NCBI GenBank assembly: GCA_963664225.1
Contig: OY760937.1
Coordinates: 2,720,001-2,784,000 of the forward strand
Length of the DNA stretch: 64,000 nt
Direction: 5' to 3'
DNA from: Verrucomicrobiia bacterium
GTDB lineage: Bacteria > Verrucomicrobiota > Verrucomicrobiia > Limisphaerales > UBA1319
Under the pieces are notes generated by a model, which saw only the letters and a program-made list of their open reading frames with translations, did no database searches and was not told where the DNA came from. Below are positions 18,659-28,627 of the stretch, in pieces (position 1 is the first letter of the stretch; the number at the start of each line of letters is the position of its first letter). The translations under genes were made by a program, and so were the position numbers.

Positions 18659-20493
18659 TTATCCTCCGCCGATGTTACCGCCGCGTTATCGACAAGGGTT
18701 TCATTCCTGGAAATCTGTTTTTCAATACGCGGCGGTTCCTGAAGTTGTCGCAGAAGCCATTCAAGCTGAGTGCGAGCGCTCGCAATGACAGCGTGATATG
18801 ACAAGAATTTGGTCCTTTTACCGGTGTATTCATCGCAGAGTTTTGGATCGACCTCACCCCCAACGACCAATATTTCTAGCGACATGCCCAATCGTCCAGT
18901 CAGGGAATCTGCATACTGTATCGCTTGATTTTCAGCCTGCCTCCCGACTTTTAAACAAGGCCGCTTGAACTCGACTAGGAGATTCTGTCGAAGAACGTTC
19001 CCGGCAAGCAGAAGATCAGGACGGTCAGCCGCGTCCTTGTCCGTGTACTCCTGTTGAACGAATTGCTGTATTATCGTTTGAAGTTGCTGATTGCTTGCCA
19101 TCAAGCTGTATTCGTTGCCAAACACCCAGAGATTGTTCTGCAAAGCCTTGTGCATCTGGGCTTCAGTCGTCTTCTCATCGCACGCCAACCGATCAATCCA
19201 ATCCAAGAATTCAAGTCGGCGCTTCGCCTGAATACCCATGAAAGCCAAATCACAAAGGCCGAATTTCTCCAGCGCGTTAGCAAAATGAAAGACATCAACC
19301 TTCTCCGCTTCGTTGATTTCACGACAAACGGTCCAGTATTCGTCCATTTCGAGAGCATCAAGAACAAGCTCGATCAGAACATCGATTCGTTCCTCCTTTT
19401 CACCCTCCTGATAGGCTCGGCTGATTAATTTTTCAAGACGCTCACGAATGATCGGACGGCGGTGCTCCGGGACTGTCTCCAAACGGCGTTTGACCTTCTG
19501 CGCCCATCTACCTTTAGCCAAATTAAATTCTGTCGAGTGGGTTTCTGCCAGGCTATTTGTAACCACATCTTGAATAACTGACGTGAGATATTCAAAGTTC
19601 TTGTCACATTCGATGACATCCCCACCGGCAGCCGTGAGTTCGAATGCATCAGCGGCTACCGCGATTTCACCAACGACTCTGCGCCGAAGCCGGTCGGATA
19701 GCGTTTCGTTGTGCTCCAATCCAAACAGATGGGAACGCCCCATTGCTTTTTCCCCAGCCCTCAGCATTAGACCTGCTTTACTGCTCGGCACAGGCTTGTC
19801 TGCTATTGTCCAATTGACCACTGCTACTTTTCCATTGGGCAGTGTAACTTCCTTCGTGAATGATCGTCCTGCAATGTCATGGCGGAAGACTCGGTCACCA
19901 TTCACAAATACGGCAAAATCCGTTTCCTTTCCATAATCGTATGCGAGGATTTCTCGCAGGCGCTCGGATTGAGGAAAGAGAAGATTTTGATTTAAACTTC
20001 GCAGGGAAATGACTGTACCATGGTCTTTAGGATCACAATCGTCAGAACTGAGAGGCAGTGGAATCCGCTCAAGGTCCTGACCAGCTTTGAGCATATCATT
20101 CTTGGCGATGCGAAGGTTAGTGCACTTGCCATGTGCTTTTGTTTCCAGTTCCATTTCGGCGGCCAACGTGAGACCTGCAAATTTTCCGATGCCCCTGCGC
20201 CCCTTGACTGTGCGTTGACGGTTTGGGGTTTTCTCGCCCTTTCGCGTCCAGCGTGGATTCGCAATATTCAGATATTCGTTTTCGACCTCTACCGGTTTCA
20301 TTCCAGCGCCGTTGTCACTGATCATAATAGGATCAGACGACAAAATACCCGGAAGCGTGACATGCACTTCAGTTGCTTCGGCATCCCAAGCGTTGTCGAT
20401 TAATTCTTTAATGGCTTCTTCGCTTCGCCGATAGCTTTCTCCCAATATGGCCGTCAGCCTTGGGTCAACCTTGAAGTGGACGTAATTGCTCAT
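18655..20493 (-). CDS. GHKL/MORC-type ATPase fused to a C-terminal PD-(D/E)XK nuclease
   Basis: KELIDNAWDA, DNGAGM, GRRGIGK, GT motifs; C-terminal RPDLLL...VEFKRP...QAIQY. Confidence 0.82.
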   Translation of the reverse strand: MSNYVHFKVDPRLTAILGESYRRSEEAIKELIDNAWDAEATEVHVTLPGILSSDPIMISDNGAGMKPVEVENEYLNIANPRWTRKGEKTPNRQRTVKGRRGIGKFAGLTLAAEMELETKAHGKCTNLRIAKNDMLKAGQDLERIPLPLSSDDCDPKDHGTVISLRSLNQNLLFPQSERLREILAYDYGKETDFAVFVNGDRVFRHDIAGRSFTKEVTLPNGKVAVVNWTIADKPVPSSKAGLMLRAGEKAMGRSHLFGLEHNETLSDRLRRRVVGEIAVAADAFELTAAGGDVIECDKNFEYLTSVIQDVVTNSLAETHSTEFNLAKGRWAQKVKRRLETVPEHRRPIIRERLEKLISRAYQEGEKEERIDVLIELVLDALEMDEYWTVCREINEAEKVDVFHFANALEKFGLCDLAFMGIQAKRRLEFLDWIDRLACDEKTTEAQMHKALQNNLWVFGNEYSLMASNQQLQTIIQQFVQQEYTDKDAADRPDLLLAGNVLRQNLLVEFKRPCLKVGRQAENQAIQYADSLTGRLGMSLEILVVGGEVDPKLCDEYTGKRTKFLSYHAVIASARTQLEWLLRQLQEPPRIEKQISRNETLVDNAAVTSAEDK

Positions 20494-20527
20494 ATTTTCT
20501 TTTGGGGGAGGAAGGCATATCTTCCGT

Positions 20528-23500
20528 TTATTCCTTCTCGAATCCCTGATTGTTGAATTTCAGGGTGCGACAGTTCTCGCTTACGGTCCGCACTGTGGCG
20601 TCGGGCACTCCAGACGGAACACTTGCCTGAATCTCTATGGTCACTTTGACAACGGCCCCAGGGAGGCTGGCGAGGTGTTGGATCACCTCCTTGGCCAAAG
20701 CGTCCATGTCGCGACTGATACGAGTTGCATCGACCTCGACGTTACCAAAGAAGTGATTCGGCTTCTCCACTGATGAAACTGATGGCGAAGGCGAAGCCTC
20801 GGTCCCGACATCTTGCGGAGCGGAGGCTGTTGTCGGCCCGCCTGCTGCCGAAATTATCGGTGTAATCGGTGCGGACTTCGCGGATTCCTCCTCCTCCAGT
20901 TGCCTCGCAGCCCTCTCAGCTTTCACAAGCAAGCCAGGAGCACTGTCGGAAACGGCCACCACTTTCCCGGCCCGCAGGCCCAGATAGTGACCCGCTTTCT
21001 CGTCAAAACTCTCCGCAAAAGCAAACGTTTCAGAACGCCATGTCACCGATCCAATCCCCTCGCGAATCGCAGTTACCAAGACCTCTGGGTCGCGCGGACG
21101 CTGAAGATACAGGTAGCTGGCAAAGTCCTCCACCAACTGTTTTACCGCGACGTGATCCCCGCGCCACAGCGGAATCTTGTCCAGCTCCAGCCGGAGTGAT
21201 GTTGAATGAAACAATGCGATTAGTTGGCCGTCATTCTTCAACTTCTTGGCCGCACGCACCGCAAGTGAATCGCTGCCGCTGACCCTCGAAGTTTGCCATT
21301 CAAGCGCAGCTTGAGCGCTGTTTTGCATGGGAGCCAGCAGCCATTGAAAAGTCTCAAAAATCCGGCTTTGGGAAGTTTTATCCCAACTGCCCCGCTGCGA
21401 GGTCGCTTGTCGAGTTTGAAACGGATCGAGATTGAGTTGGGCCGCCTCGTCGCAAATGGACTTCCACGCGAGGAAGTATCGAGTGGCCGCCTCCAACTCA
21501 TCGAGGCGGCTCCGGTCCACGGCCAGAAAGACAAGCGTGTTGCGGTAAAGACGTGGGCTGTTTCCGCGCTTTTCCAAAATCTCTGTCGCCGCCTGGATGG
21601 CTGGATTCGGACCTTCCTTCGCGAAAGGCTTGTCCACGTTGAGCACTACCAAACGAGTTTCCAATTCATCCGGCACGTCTCCCGAGCCACTGGGAAAAGC
21701 ATGAACCTTCGGGAACTCACCTCGATTCCTCAGATCGTCTTTCACTCTCCGCTGAATCTCTTCCGCGACCTTTTCGGGCTCGCGCTTCAGCAACTCGGCC
21801 CGGTCGTCGGCTAGCTTCGTAACCGTCGGCTGAGTCGCATACCAGTAGCGGGCGTTGTCCTGATATAGATACGTCGCTGCCTGTGCGAGGTAACGCAGTG
21901 CGTCTCCAAATACTGCCGGAGCTTCACCGGGTTGAACGCAACCCAACTTAATCCGGCGGTCTTCTTCACCCCGGTTCGCCGCTCCGGGAGTAGGAGCAGA
22001 ACCGAGGAACAACGTCCGTGCCACGCGGAGACAAGCTTGGTAACGCCCCAGATTCGGGCGGTCGCCGTCAAGCTTGCGCGGTAAGGAACCAAGGCCATCC
22101 ACGTCGCGTTCGATCACCGTCTCCCATCCGCCCGGCAAATAGCTCGTGAGCTGCGACACGATGCCAGGATCATCGAGAGGGATATTGGCGGGCAGAATCA
22201 ACGGACCCTTGTCGTTGTCGGCCCAGAGCCGATGAATCACCGCAGCCATCAACCGGAGGACGCCACGCGTCCGCTGGAACTTCACCAGACCAGACCAATC
22301 CTGATACAGGCGCGCGAAGACTTCAGGATGGATGGGATACGCGGCCTTGAGTTTTCGCTCGAAGTCAGCCTCGCGGCATTCCGCGGGGAATTCCTGGTGA
22401 TGCTGCCGATACAAATCACAGAAGGCTTTGGCGGTATTGTCCCGCGCGGTGAAGAGCGTGTTGTCGCTGATCGGCTGAAATAAACGCCGCCGAACAATCT
22501 CAAAGCTCTCGTCGGCATTCGCGGGGCGCCAGGCAGTAGCCACGCGGCTCACGACATTCCGCAACGCCGCCAAGGCTGCCCGACCTCTCATGCCGCCGAC
22601 TTCTTCATCGTGTGCGTCGCTGGTAGGTGACACCCCGCCACCACCGTCCGTCGAGGCGGGCAAGCTGACTACGAGCATCGCTTGTGGCGCAGCTTTCACT
22701 TCTTCGGTGAGGGTCTGAGCGAAGGTGAACTGCGTCTCGAAGTCGCCGCCGGGTAAATCCTTATCATCGTGCAACTGGCGCGCGTAGGCGACCCACTCAT
22801 CTACGAGGATCAAGCAAGGCGAGAACTTTCGTAGAAGCTTGCCCAAGGCGTCGCCAGGATTCGTCGCCGTCTCGTCTGCCTCCTTCAGCAAGGCATAGCC
22901 CTCCTTGCCTCCGAGCTGCCAGGCGAGTTCACCCCACAAAGTGCGCACGACCGTGCCATCATCCTTCTTGTCAGGTTGCCCTGGCTTGATTTTGTTACCG
23001 ACGAGCACCACACGTTTCACACCGATTGTCAGTGCCTGCTTCGCTTCCTGCATCACGGGTTCAAGTCCAGCCAAGTCCGTCACCTGCCGTCCCGAAAACA
23101 AGTGATATAGGGCCAGCATCGAGTGCGTCTTGCCACCGCCAAAGTTGGTTTGCAGCTCCACCACCGGATCACTGCCATCCCCCGCCATCCGTCGCACCGC
23201 TCGCACGAGCAGGTCTTTCAACCCGACCGTGAGGAACGTCCGCCGGTAGAACTCCTGCGGATCACGGTATTCCTCGGAACCGCGTCCTTGGTAAACTTCC
23301 CACAGGTCCGCCGCGAACTCGGCCAACTGATAGCGTCCCGATGCAACATCAGGATGAGGGGTCACGATTTCCCGCCAAGGCTTGAGACCCGCCAGCGGCG
23401 CGTCGAGTCCCAGCGTCGTTTGGCTCTTACGGCGCTCGTGGCGAGCCTGTTCGTCGAACTTCAGCCGAAGCAATTCAGCGGACTGCTTGGTCAGTTCATC

Positions 23501-23887
23501 AGCCTGTTCCCGCGCTCCCACGGCATTGAGCAATCGTTGCATCGAGTCGAGCGCCCGGTAGGCGTCGTCCGTGGTGAACGTTTTCTGGTGCGCCCATTTG
23601 TTTCGCACCTCGATCAACTCGCTGGTCAGGCTGCGTTCGGCCCGTCCCAGCGTCTTGGCGAAGACGTCGTTCCAGCATTCCCACAGCACTTTCAGAACGG
23701 ACCCAGCGTCCCACTCAGGCGCTTCTTCGGTTCCGCCGACCTGCATTCCGGCTCCGGTGACTTGTTTCACCGTGGCCCACCATTTCACTCCATGCGCTGA
23801 TTTAAGTTCGCGCTCCACGAATGCCGGGAGTCCCGCCTTCAACGTTTCGAGAGCCTTGCCGATGCGCTCATGGTTGCTTTGTGCCAT
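20528..23887 (-). CDS. Swt1-like HEPN + DUF499 AAA+ ATPase
   Basis: N-terminal RNKWAH; LKPWREIVTPHPDV, EFAADL, LQTNFGGGKTHS (Walker A), LILVDEW (Walker B), FQRTRGVLRLMA. Confidence 0.88.
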   Translation of the reverse strand: MAQSNHERIGKALETLKAGLPAFVERELKSAHGVKWWATVKQVTGAGMQVGGTEEAPEWDAGSVLKVLWECWNDVFAKTLGRAERSLTSELIEVRNKWAHQKTFTTDDAYRALDSMQRLLNAVGAREQADELTKQSAELLRLKFDEQARHERRKSQTTLGLDAPLAGLKPWREIVTPHPDVASGRYQLAEFAADLWEVYQGRGSEEYRDPQEFYRRTFLTVGLKDLLVRAVRRMAGDGSDPVVELQTNFGGGKTHSMLALYHLFSGRQVTDLAGLEPVMQEAKQALTIGVKRVVLVGNKIKPGQPDKKDDGTVVRTLWGELAWQLGGKEGYALLKEADETATNPGDALGKLLRKFSPCLILVDEWVAYARQLHDDKDLPGGDFETQFTFAQTLTEEVKAAPQAMLVVSLPASTDGGGGVSPTSDAHDEEVGGMRGRAALAALRNVVSRVATAWRPANADESFEIVRRRLFQPISDNTLFTARDNTAKAFCDLYRQHHQEFPAECREADFERKLKAAYPIHPEVFARLYQDWSGLVKFQRTRGVLRLMAAVIHRLWADNDKGPLILPANIPLDDPGIVSQLTSYLPGGWETVIERDVDGLGSLPRKLDGDRPNLGRYQACLRVARTLFLGSAPTPGAANRGEEDRRIKLGCVQPGEAPAVFGDALRYLAQAATYLYQDNARYWYATQPTVTKLADDRAELLKREPEKVAEEIQRRVKDDLRNRGEFPKVHAFPSGSGDVPDELETRLVVLNVDKPFAKEGPNPAIQAATEILEKRGNSPRLYRNTLVFLAVDRSRLDELEAATRYFLAWKSICDEAAQLNLDPFQTRQATSQRGSWDKTSQSRIFETFQWLLAPMQNSAQAALEWQTSRVSGSDSLAVRAAKKLKNDGQLIALFHSTSLRLELDKIPLWRGDHVAVKQLVEDFASYLYLQRPRDPEVLVTAIREGIGSVTWRSETFAFAESFDEKAGHYLGLRAGKVVAVSDSAPGLLVKAERAARQLEEEESAKSAPITPIISAAGGPTTASAPQDVGTEASPSPSVSSVEKPNHFFGNVEVDATRISRDMDALAKEVIQHLASLPGAVVKVTIEIQASVPSGVPDATVRTVSENCRTLKFNNQGFEKE

Positions 23888-23890
23888 AGA

Positions 23891-24913
23891 TTAGTGCTGG
23901 TTGAATTCGCTCTCCCACTCTCGCAAGAGATTTATGATCTGTTCAAAACTTGATGGTTTCCCAAAGAACATTTGCTGCATGTTAGCATAATCGTCCCGCA
24001 ACGCCTTCAAGCGATGTTCGGGCGGCGTGATGTGCAACGTCCCTATTGCCGCTTCGCCGTAGCGCGCCCAACTTGTTTTGAAGAACAGGTTCTTGTGCTG
24101 GGCAACTCGTGCGAGTAGTTCTGGCTTCGCAATGGCAGCCGTCGCCACTCCTTTGCGCACCAATTCGTGAAAATCGGCGTAGTGACGCGAGAACCGGTCC
24201 GGCATTGCCTTCTCCACCGGACGATGAAATTCGGCATGAAGGATGGTAGCCTTTTCCCAGAAGGTTCGTTCTGCCGACAGCACTTTCACATCGGCACTCG
24301 GCTCACGAAAACCCTGCGGGAATTCTTCCGCGACGTAAGGAGTGATAGTTTTTGATTCGCTTGGCCAGTGGTCTGCCCGCGCTCCCATTTCGATTTTCAC
24401 CACCCGCCGAATGTATCCGGTCGCATCGGGTTTAAAGCTGGACGGATAATCAAACATCAATGTCTGCTGGTCCGGGTCGTCATCGTCCGCACGAAGCGAC
24501 CACTTCTCCGTCGCTTGCAACTTTGCCGTGATGGCTTGCTCCAGCGCGGGTTGAAGCACGGAAGTGATTTTCTGTTGGCAGGCAGTTTTCAACGCTTCGA
24601 TCCGGCGTTGCTTCTCTTTGTTGCTCGTGCCCGCCTCCGGCTCATTTGTGCCTCCGAAACCGAGCCAGCCACGGTCAATCGAAACATCAATGTCCTCCGA
24701 AAACCGTTCGATGACCTTGAACACCTTTGAGAGGGACGTGCCGCCTTTGAAAATCAAATGTTCTCCAATCTGCGGCAGCCCGAACAATTCCTTCAACGTC
24801 CAGCAAACCCAGAAGTCTTTCTCCAGAATCACGGCGTCCATGCCGGTCTTCAATGCCGCGCTCTCGAAGAGTTCGACACGCTGCCGTTGGGAAAGTTTTA
24901 GAACAGTATCCAT
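23891..24913 (-). CDS. abiEii: AbiEii-family nucleotidyltransferase toxin (type IV TA)
   Basis: LEKDFWV, FKGGTSLSK, RFSEDID, ERTFWEKATILH, SRHYAD. Confidence 0.9.
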   Translation of the reverse strand: MDTVLKLSQRQRVELFESAALKTGMDAVILEKDFWVCWTLKELFGLPQIGEHLIFKGGTSLSKVFKVIERFSEDIDVSIDRGWLGFGGTNEPEAGTSNKEKQRRIEALKTACQQKITSVLQPALEQAITAKLQATEKWSLRADDDDPDQQTLMFDYPSSFKPDATGYIRRVVKIEMGARADHWPSESKTITPYVAEEFPQGFREPSADVKVLSAERTFWEKATILHAEFHRPVEKAMPDRFSRHYADFHELVRKGVATAAIAKPELLARVAQHKNLFFKTSWARYGEAAIGTLHITPPEHRLKALRDDYANMQQMFFGKPSSFEQIINLLREWESEFNQH

Positions 24914-24916
24914 GCC

Positions 24917-25525
24917 TCAAGGTTGAGTGATCTCCTGGGCAATTGGGCGCATCCAAGCCACGAGTTCGGGAGTGAGGGATGCCAAACTCTTCTTGGTGTC
25001 CACGTCCAAGGTTTTCCTGAGCTTGTCCACATGCTTCGGCATGTCTGCGCTGCCTTTCAGATAACGGAGAGCCTGAATCACCAATCCTGCCCGCTGGCCA
25101 ACGCCCAGCAGATTGCGCGGCGCGGAGCGGCGAAACACCAGCGTCAATTTCCCCAACGACACTTTTCGTGGCAGGCCATCCGTCAAGATTATGATCTTGG
25201 CTGGCACCTGCTCCGACAGCCCCAACGCATTGGCGGCGTAGGTTCCAGTGAATTGCCACTTTGCGTGGCTGCCATCCATTAACGCCTGCACCGTCGCCAT
25301 AATGTTCGGCGCGGTTTGCCCGGTGATGGGATGGGCACGCGGCAAGTCGTAAAGCCCACGACGAATCCGCCGAATCTCCCCCGCCTTCACCAATCGGCTC
25401 AACGCCTTCCGGACCGCGTCCGGGTTGCCTAGTTCGGCAAAATGCCTTGGCGCGAATACCGAAGCATTCGGTTTTGCCCGCATGGACCGAAGGATCGATT
25501 TATCAATTGATTGGGCCGCTTTCAT
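24917..25525 (-). CDS. abiEi: AbiEi-like (DUF6088) antitoxin/transcription regulator
   Basis: wHTH DAVRKALSRLVKAGEIRRIRRGLY, AANALGLSEQVP; precedes the AbiEii gene; start placed after the operator palindrome. Confidence 0.85.
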   Translation of the reverse strand: MKAAQSIDKSILRSMRAKPNASVFAPRHFAELGNPDAVRKALSRLVKAGEIRRIRRGLYDLPRAHPITGQTAPNIMATVQALMDGSHAKWQFTGTYAANALGLSEQVPAKIIILTDGLPRKVSLGKLTLVFRRSAPRNLLGVGQRAGLVIQALRYLKGSADMPKHVDKLRKTLDVDTKKSLASLTPELVAWMRPIAQEITQP

Positions 25526-25536
25526 CGTGTTTCCAT

Positions 25537-25566
25537 TGTCACACAAACTGACCAGTATTTGTGACA
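25537..25566. promoter_or_regulatory. Inverted-repeat operator upstream of the AbiE pair
   Basis: TGTCACACAAACTG-AC-CAGTATTTGTGACA, 14-bp arms with 2 mismatches, 11 bp before the ATG; AbiEi proteins are known to autoregulate through such repeats. Confidence 0.7.
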
Positions 25567-25668
25567 GACATTGCGTTGCGTTGCAAGCCGATTCTGGCAA
25601 ATCCAAAGCCAGAATATCGAGACCCCTGTTTGACACAAAACCCATCGGCGAACCTGTGAAAGTTAGCG

Positions 25669-27186
25669 TCAAATGTAGTGCCTGAATGGGAGTGGTGCAT
25701 TGGGCACGGTTGGTCCGCTGACCAAAACTTCGCCAACGGCGTCAGCAAATTTCAGCGTGACCGGCACGCCGTCGGCAAATCTGCACGAGTTGTAATTCAA
25801 CTTGGTCAAAGCGAGCACGTCTTGGAGGACCGTTTCGATTGGTGCTTCGCCCCTGTTGACCTCAACAAACAACGGCGACGGAACTTCTTTGCCGGGATAT
25901 GTTTGGAGACGAGGAGTGAAACCGCGTGACCAAAGATAAGCGGATCGGCTGTCCTGGACCCAGGCTGTCCCTCGCATAACAGGCATCGAACCCTGCTCGC
26001 GGTAGAGCCTGAAACCATCGCCATCATCAATCTTAACGCCCACAACCTGAGTGCGTTTTCCCGCCGCTTCCAGGAAGCCGTTCCATTCTGGCTCTTCAAA
26101 ACGAACTCTTCCATGAACAAAAAGCTGTTCAGGGGGGTTCCCGTCGTGCTTGGCCTTGTAGGACTCAACGGCTTGGATCAACAACTGATAGGCTGCGTTT
26201 GTGGTCAGATGGAAATGGCCTCGCTTTCCCGTCATCCACGGGCCGACGTTGCCCTTGAAAACCACTCCGTCACCGGAATCAAGGAACATTTGTGCGGCGC
26301 AACAAGCCGCCTGCGGATCGGCGTTCTTCTCATCGCGCTTGTAGGCGAGACCGACGTAGCAGACACCTTTTCTCACGCCGTTCAACTTCCACGGACGGCC
26401 GCCCACCTTGTAGTAAATCGCCGATCCCAAGTTCCACGCGATCTCCGATTGCAACTTGTCCAGTTGACGCGTTGGCTTTCCAGCCTTGTTCAAAAACTCG
26501 CGATGCGCGAGAGTGCTTTCGCGCACGACTTGAGTCAGGATGCTCTGCGATAATAGCCGCCCCTTGATTTGATTTCTGAAATCCGGATCATATTGATAGG
26601 GAACCGCCGCTTCGTTCCACTCCCTAAACAACGCTGGCTGCTTTTGAAGTCGATGCGCTTCCGATGGCTTCATCGTTCCAGTCGTTCCAACGCGAAGTCC
26701 CCTTTCTACCGTCTGCGCAGGGCGGCAATATCTATAAACATCCTCGGGTGCGATGATGAACCAGAGTGTCGGCTTGTCCTCCTCCGTGCGTATGGCTTCC
26801 AAAATCCGTGCGGTGACAAACCCCGCCGTCTCGTAAACTCGCTTGAACCGCTCGCCAATGAGCACATGCTTCATCAAGTCCGACTCATCGAACTCGACGC
26901 TAACAAGCGGCTTTACATTGAAAGGAATGCCGAACGCCGCCTCGAATCCTGGGAATGGTGGCCGTAGGCGTGTTGGTTTTTCCTCCACGACCGGGTGCTG
27001 GATTTTCTGCACCCACTCCGCGAAGCGGCGGATACCCGTCTTCGTTCCGATGACACCGTAACGAACGCCGAAAGTCTGAGCTGAATCGAATGGCCCGAAG
27101 AGACTCAAACCGTCGCGTGGGTCTTCGACACTTTGGCCGTGCCCGAACAGCAGCGTCGGTTCAGGTAAATGGATGAGCTTGTTCAC
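25669..27186 (-). CDS. Short prokaryotic Argonaute (MID-PIWI), SPARTA
   Basis: EPTLLFGHGQSVEDPRDGLSLFGP, YYKVGGRPWKL, CCAAQMFLDSGDG, LTKLNYN, PVTLKFAD, PLPFRHYI; GTG start overlaps the TIR-APAZ stop. Confidence 0.93.
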   Translation of the reverse strand: MNKLIHLPEPTLLFGHGQSVEDPRDGLSLFGPFDSAQTFGVRYGVIGTKTGIRRFAEWVQKIQHPVVEEKPTRLRPPFPGFEAAFGIPFNVKPLVSVEFDESDLMKHVLIGERFKRVYETAGFVTARILEAIRTEEDKPTLWFIIAPEDVYRYCRPAQTVERGLRVGTTGTMKPSEAHRLQKQPALFREWNEAAVPYQYDPDFRNQIKGRLLSQSILTQVVRESTLAHREFLNKAGKPTRQLDKLQSEIAWNLGSAIYYKVGGRPWKLNGVRKGVCYVGLAYKRDEKNADPQAACCAAQMFLDSGDGVVFKGNVGPWMTGKRGHFHLTTNAAYQLLIQAVESYKAKHDGNPPEQLFVHGRVRFEEPEWNGFLEAAGKRTQVVGVKIDDGDGFRLYREQGSMPVMRGTAWVQDSRSAYLWSRGFTPRLQTYPGKEVPSPLFVEVNRGEAPIETVLQDVLALTKLNYNSCRFADGVPVTLKFADAVGEVLVSGPTVPNAPLPFRHYI

Positions 27187-28580
27187 GGTTCGACCTCCTC
27201 GTCCTCGGGTTCCACAGCTTCTTCCTCGTCGCGCTCCGGTTCTTCGACTGGCGGTTGTTCCTCCATAAAGTGAAACGAGACTGGACTCTCAAACAACATC
27301 GGAATCCGCTTTGCGCCAAGTTGCTGATCAGAGGACAATGGAATCAGGATTTCATCGCTATGGGAGCCTGCTAGAAACGACATCGTCGCCAGTATTCGGT
27401 CGAGCCAATCGTCATTATACCAGTTCTTGCATTGGCTGCGGCGGGCCGCGTGCTGTTTCGCTTTGCTCTCGTAGAGAACGCCATTTTCCGTGAACGCGAC
27501 GTGCGCTTTGATCGCAAATCCAGTGAACGGCCAGAAGACAGGGCGCGCCTGAATTCCAAAATGCCAGTTGCGATAACGGGTTATGCCTTCGTTCGCAGTG
27601 AACGATTTGTATCCGACCATTGCTCGCCAGCCTCTTTCACCTGCGGGATTCAAGAAGAACACCTTGTCGTTTTCGATTAAGCCCTGCTTGAACCAGTAAA
27701 ATCTTGCGCCGCCGGACAGTTCATACGGCAACAGCCCCTTGGATACAGCAAACCGTTCAAATCCATCCTTAAACATGCCGATCAGGATGTAGCGCGCGTC
27801 TCGTCGCTCGATTTGTGGATGCTTCAGCCCGTCCTTTCTGAATCCTTCTGCGCTCAATTCCAGGCTATTGACTATTTCCAGCCCATGTTCACCGAGCCCG
27901 GCGGAAAGTTCGTCTGCCTTTTCAAATGAAAATAGGCAACTGCCGTGTGGTCGGGTCGGGACTGAGAACTTAAGAACATCATCTTTGACCGCTTTCTCAA
28001 ATTTGTCCTGCGGGTCAATCGAATGCAGCCAGACCGTCTTGGGCAGTTGCGTGAACTCGAACCAGTTCGATGCGCAGCGTTCTGGTGTGGGGAGCACGCC
28101 TTCCGCCACTGAGTAATTATCCCGCCACCACTTCGTCACGGAATCGGGGGAGAAACGCGCGTCGCGTGCAATGCCATCTTCTTGCAGCTTCTCCAGCAGC
28201 TTCCCGTAGCCAACAGCCCAGCCTTTCGAGAAATCAATGCAGTTCAATCGTTGAAGCTCGATGTTGATGTCGTCATGGCGGATATCATCTATCCGAAGGG
28301 GAATAATGAAGTCATGGATGCTCCTCCCGACTTTTCGGGCGACGGTCAACTCCATCAACGCACCCTGTTTCTGGTTCGACGTTTTCGAGAGCACGAACAG
28401 GAACTTTGCCGTCCTCTCGCGTATCGCGACCTCGATGTCCCGCCAAAATTCTTCTCCGCCGAGTAGCTTTGTCAGGTCGGACCACATCGGATAACCTTCC
28501 CGCGCTAGACGCAGCGCAAGCCATCGCGTGAACAAGTTGTCCTCTGGATTCGCATGGCTCACAAAAATCATGTTGCGCAT
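27183..28580 (-). CDS. TIR-APAZ NADase effector, SPARTA
   Basis: MRNMIFVSHANPEDNLFTRWLALRL TIR start, catalytic Glu in GALMELTVA, APAZ motifs WHFGI and HAARRSQCKNWYNDDW, acidic tail; an upstream ATG at 28607 is also possible. Confidence 0.92.
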   Translation of the reverse strand: MRNMIFVSHANPEDNLFTRWLALRLAREGYPMWSDLTKLLGGEEFWRDIEVAIRERTAKFLFVLSKTSNQKQGALMELTVARKVGRSIHDFIIPLRIDDIRHDDINIELQRLNCIDFSKGWAVGYGKLLEKLQEDGIARDARFSPDSVTKWWRDNYSVAEGVLPTPERCASNWFEFTQLPKTVWLHSIDPQDKFEKAVKDDVLKFSVPTRPHGSCLFSFEKADELSAGLGEHGLEIVNSLELSAEGFRKDGLKHPQIERRDARYILIGMFKDGFERFAVSKGLLPYELSGGARFYWFKQGLIENDKVFFLNPAGERGWRAMVGYKSFTANEGITRYRNWHFGIQARPVFWPFTGFAIKAHVAFTENGVLYESKAKQHAARRSQCKNWYNDDWLDRILATMSFLAGSHSDEILIPLSSDQQLGAKRIPMLFESPVSFHFMEEQPPVEEPERDEEEAVEPEDEEVEP

Positions 28581-28627
28581 GCCGGATGAACTGCTTGTGG
28601 GTTGCATGGTCAGAAGGGGTATTCAGG

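Noticed and set aside
25526..25672. Upstream extension making abiEi overlap the pAgo stop
   Set aside because: The region holds the operator palindrome, and family-like sequence begins at ATG 25525.
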